Below are positions 55,446 to 61,894 of a DNA stretch of 61,894 nt, piece after piece. Source of the DNA: a virus (lineage: Duplodnaviria; Caudoviricetes); IMG/VR virus record IMGVR_UViG_3300025102_000024, positions 1 through 61,894 of that record; one strand, written 5' to 3'. The notes beneath the pieces are model-generated. The model was given only the letters and a program-made list of their open reading frames with translations, did no database searches and had not been told where the DNA came from. The position numbers were made by a program, and so were the translations under genes. Numbering within the stretch: the first letter of the stretch is position 1; each line of letters starts with the position of its first letter.

Positions 55446-56738
55446 TTATGTAAAGGTAACTGTTTGAGATGAGTCTGAGGTTGCAGTAATCGTTAAAATT
55501 GTATCACTTCCAACTGATGCAGAAGAAGATGTAACTCCACCAGTAACTGTAGCAGTATAATCTGATGAAAATCTGAGTATGATAACACCTGCACTACCAT
55601 TACCACCAGCAGAAGCACCACTAGCACCACCTCCAGCACTACCTCTGTTAGCGATTTGTGCGTCTTGGTCTCTAGCACCAGCACCAGCACCTCCACCTAC
55701 CGTAAGGTTTCCACTTTCGTAGTTTCCTCCACCACCTCCACCAGCGTATGCCACTGTTGAACCTGTGATTGTATTATTCAGTGAAGAACCACCATCTCCA
55801 TTAGTCCCACCAGAACCACCAACAACTCCAGCAGCACCAGCACCACCACCTCCACCACCACATTGAGGGGTATTTCCAGCACCATTTCCACCATTATATC
55901 CATAAGTTCCACTAGCACCAGCTTGACCAGTTTGGTTTCCACCACCACCACCACCACCTGATCCACCGCCAGGATCTGCACTTGGGTTTCCATCATCAGC
56001 AGACGTTCCTGTGGTTGCATAAGCACCACCTCCACCACCACCTTTGGATACTATATCATCAAACGTAGTTGTTCCACCATCATTACCTTTCCAAGGTGTT
56101 GCATTAACTCCAGCACCAGCAGCTCCAATGATAACTGAAAATGCAGATCCAATACTAATTGTTTTTGCAGATGCAGATGATGTTCCTCCACCCTGAGATT
56201 CATTATTCCAGTTTGTTCGTAGTGCTCCTGCACCACCACCTCCTCCACGGAAGTTACCACCACCAGCACCGCCTCCACCGACGACAAGATAATTTATAGC
56301 AAAGTTTCCTGATTTAGTATTGATAACATTCCATGCACTCCCAGTATATACCTGTAATGCATTAAAATTTGAATTAAAAATTATAGTTCCTGTTGCTGTT
56401 GAAACACCAGCATTTCTTCCTGCAGTCGTTGTAGTACCAACACCAACTGCATGTTTACTAATTTTTGTCGTACCATCTGTAATTTCTAAGGAACCAACAG
56501 TTGCGATACCAGTAACACGAAGTCCATCTCTTGCAGTTATAACTCCGACTGAATCTATATTCGTTACGTCTTCATATGTTAATGTACCACCAACACCAAG
56601 ATTTCCTCCTATTGTTAAATTTCCACTTGTAGTTAAATTACTATCTCCAATCAAACTCACTGTGCCACTAGCAGTTCCAATAGCAACATTAGTGCCACTC
56701 GATGGTAATATTGTATCTACTCGAAGATTACTAGCCAT
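55446..56738 (-). CDS. Fibre protein with glycine-rich adhesin-like domain
   Basis: MASNLRVDTI, LTYEDV, YLVVGGGG.GG...GGGGAG...G.AGVIILR. Confidence 0.72.
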   Translation of the reverse strand: MASNLRVDTILPSSGTNVAIGTASGTVSLIGDSNLTTSGNLTIGGNLGVGGTLTYEDVTNIDSVGVITARDGLRVTGIATVGSLEITDGTTKISKHAVGVGTTTTAGRNAGVSTATGTIIFNSNFNALQVYTGSAWNVINTKSGNFAINYLVVGGGGAGGGNFRGGGGGAGALRTNWNNESQGGGTSSASAKTISIGSAFSVIIGAAGAGVNATPWKGNDGGTTTFDDIVSKGGGGGGAYATTGTSADDGNPSADPGGGSGGGGGGGNQTGQAGASGTYGYNGGNGAGNTPQCGGGGGGAGAAGVVGGSGGTNGDGGSSLNNTITGSTVAYAGGGGGGNYESGNLTVGGGAGAGARDQDAQIANRGSAGGGASGASAGGNGSAGVIILRFSSDYTATVTGGVTSSSASVGSDTILTITATSDSSQTVTFT

Positions 56739-56762
56739 TAATATACTTTTTTATTATTTATA

Positions 56763-57020
56763 CTACCTAACTTCAAAGTCTAATTTACGGACTCTGCGTT
56801 GGTTTCTTTTCTCTTGCCATTCTAACTCATCTCCACTAAAGAGACTCTTCGATTTACTACCTCCATAGTTACCTAACATAATAATCTTATTCATATCCAT
56901 TGCTGAAATACGATCATTATATACAGTTGTATTATTTGAACAACCACAACATACTGATTTGCCAGATACTCCTATGACTTCTTTTCCACAGGAACGACAT
57001 CTAACCCTTATTGGTTCCAT
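56763..57020 (-). CDS. Small Zn-ribbon protein
   Basis: CRSC...CGC.N. Confidence 0.7.
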   Translation of the reverse strand: MEPIRVRCRSCGKEVIGVSGKSVCCGCSNNTTVYNDRISAMDMNKIIMLGNYGGSKSKSLFSGDELEWQEKRNQRRVRKLDFEVR

Positions 57021-57058
57021 TTATCAAATACCAATTATTATATTCTTTCTACTATATA

Positions 57059-57250
57059 TCACCAATCTTCTTCATAGTCATCCACTTCAACAGGTTTATT
57101 CATTTCATATTGCTTGCAATATGCATGCACATCAATCTCCATTCTATAATGAGCACGAGTATGAACTATCTGAATTAGACCAAGAGAACCTACTATTATC
57201 AAATTACAAGTTGTAAGTGGGTGTGTTAGAATTTCTAAAACTTTTTTCAT
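57059..57250 (-). CDS. Hypothetical membrane protein
   Basis: Short hydrophobic segment, acidic tail. Confidence 0.6.
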   Translation of the reverse strand: MKKVLEILTHPLTTCNLIIVGSLGLIQIVHTRAHYRMEIDVHAYCKQYEMNKPVEVDDYEEDW

Positions 57251-57266
57251 AAAGTTATGATAGCAT

Positions 57267-57295
57267 AAAAAAAGACCCCTGCAAGCAGAGGTCTT
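57267..57295 (-). terminator. Intrinsic terminator
   Basis: AAGACCTCTGC-TT-GCAGGGGTCTT followed by T-run. Confidence 0.8.
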
Positions 57296-57312
57296 GAAAG
57301 TAAGATACTTAC

Positions 57313-57684
57313 TTAGAAAGTGTACTTAAGTCCAACTTTACCAGAAACATCTAAGTCATCATTGTTAGTTGCGCCATAGATTTCTCCATAAACACCAACT
57401 TTCTCAGAGATGCCTTTTGATCCACCAAGGTATCCAGCAATTTCTACATCACCAAACTCGTCTGCAGTTTCTGTGTGCTGAACTGTTGGTCCTACAGATG
57501 CATACCAATTGATTCCGTTTGTTGTTGCTCCTTCGTAACCGATTTGAACTTCAACATTACCAGATGTATATGCTCCGTCAGGATATGAACCATTTGCCTC
57601 GACATTAACGTATGGACCAGCAAAAGCTGCACCTGCGAATAGGAATGGAGATGCTGCTACTGCAGCTATTGTTGATTTAATCAT
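57313..57684 (-). CDS. Small outer-membrane beta-barrel protein
   Basis: Signal peptide ending AAFA; alternating beta-strand pattern; C-terminal GLKYTF. Confidence 0.75.
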   Translation of the reverse strand: MIKSTIAAVAASPFLFAGAAFAGPYVNVEANGSYPDGAYTSGNVEVQIGYEGATTNGINWYASVGPTVQHTETADEFGDVEIAGYLGGSKGISEKVGVYGEIYGATNNDDLDVSGKVGLKYTF

Positions 57685-57691
57685 TTTTTTA

Positions 57692-57800
57692 AAAGTATCT
57701 CGCTAGGTATTAAAAAACCTGCGGATGGCAACTCCCTCGACAAGGGGTTGTACATTCTACGCAGGGTTACGATCTTTCGAGTCCTTCGTTCTATGTAATG
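57692..57800 (-). ncRNA. Structured 5' leader (attenuator/riboswitch candidate)
   Basis: CCTGCG/CGCAGG stem enclosing a CAAC-CCCT/AGGG-GTTG hairpin, followed by U6; GC-rich in AT-rich context. Confidence 0.55.
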
Positions 57801-57801
57801 G

Positions 57802-57835
57802 TATTTATTATACAATTTCTTTGGGATTGTGTCAA
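57802..57835 (-). promoter_or_regulatory. Sigma70 promoter with overlapping late promoter
   Basis: TTGACA(57830-35)-17-TATAAT(57807-12); ATAAATA at 57802-57808. Confidence 0.8.
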
Positions 57836-58488
57836 GCCCCTAACTTTTGTACGGATTTCCAGTCATTATCAAAGAGTTCTAACCCTTTGTCTGTCAGAAT
57901 ATGATTGTACATCTTATTAAACACTGTAGGTGGTAGAGTACATATGTTCGCACCATATTCAAATGCTCTGCCAACATCTCTTACATTACGAATAGATGCT
58001 GCAAGTATCTCTGTTCTCTTCCAGTTCTGTTTTGCAAAGGTATTTGCAATGTCCTTAATCAGACATAAACCACCGAATGAATTGTCATCAACTCTTCCTA
58101 CAAATGGTGAAACATAAGTTGCACCTGCCTTTGCAGATAGTATTGCTTGTGTTACTGAGAAGATAAGAGTTACATTTACTCTTACCAACTGTCTAGATAA
58201 CTCTTTACATACTGCAAGACCATCAGGTGTGCAGGGAACTTTGATTGTTGCATTCTTACGAAACTTCTTTGATAGTCTTATTCCTTCCTCATACATTTCT
58301 TTTCTATTTCCTACTACTTCCATACTGACATCGGTAAGTCCCATATCAATGAGTTCTTGATATACTTCTTCTGGATCACGACCACTCTTCATAATCAGAG
58401 TTGGATTGGTAGTAATCCCATCTATAAGTCCTGTATTGTATCCGTCTTGGATAAGTTGTGTATCTGCGGTATCTAAAAATATTTTCAT
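57832..58488 (-). CDS. talC: Transaldolase (start moved to 58488)
   Basis: MKIFLDTAD, GITTNPTLI, IKVP, VNVTLIFS, YVSPFVGR, ILAASIR. Confidence 0.96.
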   Translation of the reverse strand: MKIFLDTADTQLIQDGYNTGLIDGITTNPTLIMKSGRDPEEVYQELIDMGLTDVSMEVVGNRKEMYEEGIRLSKKFRKNATIKVPCTPDGLAVCKELSRQLVRVNVTLIFSVTQAILSAKAGATYVSPFVGRVDDNSFGGLCLIKDIANTFAKQNWKRTEILAASIRNVRDVGRAFEYGANICTLPPTVFNKMYNHILTDKGLELFDNDWKSVQKLGA

Positions 58489-58500
58489 GGTAACGTATAT

Positions 58501-58549
58501 AAAAAAAGAAGACCATCTGCCCGACTCATAGAGTTGCATCTTAGGTCTT
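58501..58549 (-). ncRNA. Small hairpin RNA with large internal loop (abiF-motif-like candidate) ending in a U-run
   Basis: AAGACC-TAAGATGCA-ACTC-TAT-GAGT-CGGGCAGAT-GGTCTT; family assignment unverified. Confidence 0.45.
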
Positions 58550-58558
58550 AAAAGAAAA

Positions 58559-58742
58559 GGGGGAGGTTGGGTTCCTGTGTACCAACAAAAGATGGGCATT
58601 ACTACAGAGTAAATACATCTTTGCCTGAGACCCGACTGGTTGGTCGGTTCTGCATCGCTGCAGCAGCACCACCTGTGTCTCATCACCTTAACCAGCGGTT
58701 GCCAGTAAGTTTATTCAGTCACTCCCTATGTTGCGTCCAACA
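58559..58742 (-). ncRNA. manA RNA motif
   Basis: GGGAG...CTCCC closing stem; GAGAC/GTCTC, CCGAC/GTCGG, AAAGATG/CATCTTT, GTTGG/CCAAC stems; matches recalled cyanophage manA RNA. Confidence 0.8.
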
Positions 58743-58747
58743 AACAT

Positions 58748-58776
58748 ACTATAATGTATAGTGATAGAGTTGTCAA
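58748..58776 (-). promoter_or_regulatory. Sigma70 promoter for manA RNA/talC
   Basis: TTGACA(58771-76)-17-TATAGT(58748-53). Confidence 0.75.
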
Positions 58777-58847
58777 GCTTTTGTTTTTATGTTAGAGTAT
58801 GTAAATATTTCGGGGCTAAATAGAGCTAGAAAATAATCGGTAAACTA

Positions 58848-59348
58848 ATGAAAAGGTTTATACCTATATTATTATTAACAGGGTTCAGTTCTCCTGTCAT
58901 GGCAGACATTACACACAAACTATCAAGTAGTGTGCAATTAAGTGTGGCAGCAGCTGCAACTCAGGTTGAAAGGATTGGGACATCATATTCTGTATCAGGA
59001 ACTGGTGTAGATACATCATATACATCTGGTGGTAGTTCAGTATCAGATGGTATTGGTTCATTAACCATATCAACAGGTGTTGGTGCTATTCCTTCTTTAG
59101 AAGCAACGCAAAAAACTGCTGGTTCAGCTTTCAGCTTCTCGCAAACCTTTACTCAAGGTGATGCATTAGCAACATCAGCACCTACTGCAGGAACTGTATC
59201 TAACTTCAGTAATCAGACATCTACTGGTTCAGGTACTGCTGGTGACTTAGCTGGTACAATCACAACTGCTGGTGCAGTTGCACTAACAGCTGGTGGATCT
59301 GGTACTGTGGCAACAGGACAATTTGTAAACGAATTGACAATTGACTAA
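58848..59348 (+). CDS. Exported Ser/Thr/Gly-rich protein
   Basis: Signal peptide MKRF...PVMA; CTAAATA late promoter at 58815-58821. Confidence 0.8.
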   Translation: MKRFIPILLLTGFSSPVMADITHKLSSSVQLSVAAAATQVERIGTSYSVSGTGVDTSYTSGGSSVSDGIGSLTISTGVGAIPSLEATQKTAGSAFSFSQTFTQGDALATSAPTAGTVSNFSNQTSTGSGTAGDLAGTITTAGAVALTAGGSGTVATGQFVNELTID

Positions 59349-59485
59349 TGATAAATGACTTTCTTGACAACTTGGCAGCAATTCAATATAGAAAAATGCA
59401 TGTCGAAGGCAAACGTTGCGATATATGTGATATGCTCTGCCCTTGTAAGTGTGCCGACTGCGATTGCAGTCCCAGTCGTCCCTAA
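59348..59485 (+). CDS. Candidate 45-aa Cys-rich peptide overlapping the next gene
   Basis: MINDFLDNLAAIQYRKMHVEGKRCDICDMLCPCKCADCDCSPSRP; TAATG-coupled to the upstream gene. Confidence 0.5.
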   Translation: MINDFLDNLAAIQYRKMHVEGKRCDICDMLCPCKCADCDCSPSRP

Positions 59486-59846
59486 TTTTACTCAGGGCTC
59501 GATGACGAGCAACACGGAGACAACATCTACCGTAACTGAGACAATTAATTCAATGAATTATGATACTGGTTATCAATATGTGATAACTGGTACAAATATC
59601 GAACACGATGGAAGTACTATTTCTGCTCCTTCAACAACAGGAAATAGTAATACATTAAATGGAGTGACTTCAACATGGACAAATTTGGATATCAACAACA
59701 AACCAAACTTCACAATAACAACGCCAGGAAACGCTTTTCAATTTACAGAAACATATTCTGGTCCAGGATTAACAAATCATACAATAATAAATCGGACGAC
59801 AACAATACAAAGCGTCACAAACACAACAAGTACCTTCTCAAATTAA
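59400..59846 (+). CDS. Exported Thr-rich protein (start 59400 preferred; 59355 possible)
   Basis: Signal peptide then VPVVPNF.QGSM.S.TET...FQFTETY.GPGL. Confidence 0.75.
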   Translation: MSKANVAIYVICSALVSVPTAIAVPVVPNFTQGSMTSNTETTSTVTETINSMNYDTGYQYVITGTNIEHDGSTISAPSTTGNSNTLNGVTSTWTNLDINNKPNFTITTPGNAFQFTETYSGPGLTNHTIINRTTTIQSVTNTTSTFSN

Positions 59847-60544
59847 TTTCAATTTGTTTGTTAGGATCAACAACACCTGCGTTTGCGAGTGACATAGGTG
59901 GTGTATCTGCCACAGCAAATCCCGTGGCAAACAGTTCTGGAAGCGTCACAAATCAAGCTATACAGGTCCTACAAGGTCCGTATATAACTAATACTTATGG
60001 AAATGGCATACAATGTCAAGGTCCTACTATGAACGTGACACCGTTTGCTACTGGTAATATGGCAATCAAACGTCCATATGAAGATTTTTGGAATGATCCA
60101 GTATATAATAATGTAGATGCAAATAATGATGATGTACCAGATAATCCAGGTGAGATATTATATTTTAAACCAACAAGAACAGGACAGAAAGATAGTCATA
60201 CAGTTTCATTAGGTGTGTCTGCTACTTGGTCAAAACCATTAGATAAGAAACTACAACAACTTTGTAAGGAAGCAGCAACTGCTAATGTCGCATATATGCA
60301 ACAACAAACTGCAAATAAAAGATTAGACTTTGAGATTGCAAGATTAAAGAACTGTGGAGAATTGATGAAGGCTGGTATTATGTTCCATAAAAAATCACCT
60401 TACTTTAAAGTATGTGCCGATGTTGTACTAGTAAATCCACCAGGAACATTACCAAATCATACCCATAATATAAACACAATTACTCCTCCTGCAAATGGGA
60501 ATGCTTCAGATCTAAAAACTCTTGAGATAGGAACTCAAAAATAA
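59675..60544 (+). CDS. Exported protein (start unresolved)
   Basis: Signal-like h-region ending PAFA; VSATANPVANSSGSVTNQA, IQCQG, LDFEIARLKNC. Confidence 0.75.
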   Translation: MDKFGYQQQTKLHNNNARKRFSIYRNIFWSRINKSYNNKSDDNNTKRHKHNKYLLKLISICLLGSTTPAFASDIGGVSATANPVANSSGSVTNQAIQVLQGPYITNTYGNGIQCQGPTMNVTPFATGNMAIKRPYEDFWNDPVYNNVDANNDDVPDNPGEILYFKPTRTGQKDSHTVSLGVSATWSKPLDKKLQQLCKEAATANVAYMQQQTANKRLDFEIARLKNCGELMKAGIMFHKKSPYFKVCADVVLVNPPGTLPNHTHNINTITPPANGNASDLKTLEIGTQK

Positions 60545-61309
60545 TTATTTTCTTTTAATTGGTTTGAGTCCTTTCTTCTCACGATATTTGTCTGTTGCTA
60601 TATCCGAACGAGTTGGTTTATAAACCTCCTTTCCTAATTTTTTCTTTACAAAATCTGTTGCCTTTTTAATTATAGGTTTGATTACTCTTAATAATAATGG
60701 TGTTGCTGCTGCAGATGCTGTAGCCACGATTGCGATTGCTGCTGTAGTGCTTACTTGATTTGTACTTGGTAAGAATTTCTCAACAGGTGTCGTATCTTCA
60801 TATAAAACCACACAAGTTGTTCCTTGTAGTTCGTGACCTATAACTCTCTCATCACCTGCCTGTGTCAAATCACCAACTCTAGGTTGATTTGGTGCAGGAC
60901 ATTCAATCTCTTCTTCTGATGTTAACCCACCAGTATCAGGAAGTTCTGGTGTTTCGATTTCTGGGGGTGGTGCAATTGGTGGGGGTGGTGTCTCTCTAGT
61001 TACTACAAGATTCTCTGGTTGATAATCCATTGCATCGTATGATGGATACTCACCATGAGGACATAATACTGTGCTACCTTTTGGATCTTGATTTACCAAG
61101 TCCTTATCAAAAGGAAGTCTTGAGATATGATCCTTATTATCTTTATGCATCTTCACACAACCAGGCATATCCACAATCGGAAATCCTATCTGCAAAGTGA
61201 CAGGCACTTGATGTACGGGTATATTTGTATGAGGAATCTTATGCGAATGAACTTGAGGAACATTCACATCATGTATATGGATATCATTTATTGGGGACAT
61301 AAACTTCAC
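60545..61309 (-). CDS. Pro-rich protein with C-terminal membrane anchor
   Basis: PIVDMPGCV, PPP tract, Ala-rich TM helix and basic tail. Confidence 0.75.
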   Translation of the reverse strand: MKFMSPINDIHIHDVNVPQVHSHKIPHTNIPVHQVPVTLQIGFPIVDMPGCVKMHKDNKDHISRLPFDKDLVNQDPKGSTVLCPHGEYPSYDAMDYQPENLVVTRETPPPPIAPPPEIETPELPDTGGLTSEEEIECPAPNQPRVGDLTQAGDERVIGHELQGTTCVVLYEDTTPVEKFLPSTNQVSTTAAIAIVATASAAATPLLLRVIKPIIKKATDFVKKKLGKEVYKPTRSDIATDKYREKKGLKPIKRK

Positions 61310-61493
61310 CTGTGACTCTTGGTAAAGATCTTGGTATCTGTTTCTCTACTTCTAACTTGATAGTATCAGAAAGAAATTTTCGATTCTCTTTAATTCGAGC
61401 ATCACGAGTAATCAACCCATATACTGCAAGAGATATGAAAAGAAAATTGCTTGCAACTAAAACACCAAAACCAATTTTATATGCGAGTTTCAT
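61284..61493 (-). CDS. Small membrane protein
   Basis: N-terminal TM helix; LP.VTG. Confidence 0.65.
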   Translation of the reverse strand: MKLAYKIGFGVLVASNFLFISLAVYGLITRDARIKENRKFLSDTIKLEVEKQIPRSLPRVTGEVYVPNK

Positions 61494-61668
61494 TAATTGC
61501 TTCTTTAATAATTCTCTTGAGTTGTTTGCCTTTCTTACCTAGACCAACAGTAGAGTCTATCTTTACTTTGACCCAATAAAGTCCTATAAGAACTATAAGA
61601 AATGGAATTGACTCTTCCCAAGAGATTTGATTCCATGCATCAACTACATTCAATACCGAAAAAATCAT
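61477..61668 (-). CDS. Small membrane protein (start moved to 61668)
   Basis: ATGA overlap with upstream ORF; TM helix. Confidence 0.65.
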   Translation of the reverse strand: MIFSVLNVVDAWNQISWEESIPFLIVLIGLYWVKVKIDSTVGLGKKGKQLKRIIKEAINETRI

Positions 61669-61811
61669 AATAAAATAGCACCAATAATAAATCCTTTTGC
61701 GAATGAGATACAAAGCATCTGATAGTCAGTCAAATTAAATTTGTCTTGAAACCATTTTGCTTTTGCTTTGTCCCAGTCTTTAATTTTTGTAAGTGTTTGT
61801 CCGAGTTTCAT
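61665..61811 (-). CDS. 48-aa membrane protein (not in ORF track)
   Basis: MKLGQTLTKIKDWDKAKAKWFQDKFNLTDYQMLCISFAKGFIIGAILL; coupled at both ends. Confidence 0.7.
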   Translation of the reverse strand: MKLGQTLTKIKDWDKAKAKWFQDKFNLTDYQMLCISFAKGFIIGAILL

Positions 61812-61894
61812 TAGTCTTCCTCTATAAGTGTACCATAAGATCTACGTATTTCACGTAAGTCTTCAAAGTTTTTTTGTTTTGTGCCACCGTCATA
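61811..61894 (-). CDS. C-terminus of a probable thermonuclease (SNase-like) protein
   Basis: YDGGTKQKNFEDLREIRR; only 27 codons visible. Confidence 0.5.
   Translation of the reverse strand, partial: YDGGTKQKNFEDLREIRRSYGTLIEED

Noticed and set aside
15625-56287. Alternative-frame minus-strand ORFs rich in V/L/E/Q (15625..15897, 18534..18791, 55493..56287)
   Set aside because: Frame-shifted read-outs of GGT/GCT repeats within real genes
45334-56593. CRISPR array or shufflon suggested by 23-46 nt repeats
   Set aside because: Repeats are kilobases apart, in-frame and all direct; no cas or invertase gene seen
2709-56868. Many plus-strand ORFs opposite the fibre, psbA and glycan genes (e.g. 3708..3992, 13740..14216, 18629..19126, 56320..56868)
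   Set aside because: Antisense shadows of Gly/Thr/Ala-rich coding sequence with no recognisable motifs, lying inside well-supported minus-strand genes
58489-58686. 66-aa N-terminal extension of transaldolase in the ORF track, and + strand ORF 58567..58761
   Set aside because: Region is structured RNA; TalC family proteins begin at MKIFLD (58488)

Overview
AT-rich segment of a T4-like marine cyanomyovirus. The Prochlorococcus-type psbA/psbD and hli genes suggest a Prochlorococcus host. Almost all genes are on the minus strand. Layout: (i) 1-1.2 kb, conserved small genes, a glutaredoxin and an unannotated ~100-nt structured RNA with its own promoter and terminator. (ii) 1.2-21.4 kb and 44.6-56.7 kb, two arrays totalling ~35 mosaic tail-fibre/adhesin-like, adaptor and chaperone genes built from shared N-terminal, linker and C-terminal modules, with near-identical DNA boxes and many T4-type late promoters. 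(iii) 21.4-29.9 kb, HNH and EndoVII-like genes, psbD, psbA with a PhotoRC-II-like leader, and a largely translationally coupled operon of 11 single-helix microproteins (5 hli-like, 6 unknown), most missed by the ORF track. (iv) 29.9-43.2 kb, a 16-gene glycan/nucleotide-sugar operon (GT25, GT15, three GT11, GT2, methyltransferases, Ugd, GDP-mannose 3,5-epimerase, Man-6-P isomerase) with nadE embedded. (v) 57-62 kb, an outer-membrane beta-barrel gene with a structured leader, talC preceded by a manA-type RNA and a second small hairpin RNA, and a plus-strand operon of exported proteins with an overlapping Cys-rich peptide. The strongest candidate for an undescribed system is an apparent plug-and-socket, recombination-shuffled fibre/adhesin kit. 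Family calls come from motifs recognised by eye; no database searches were run.
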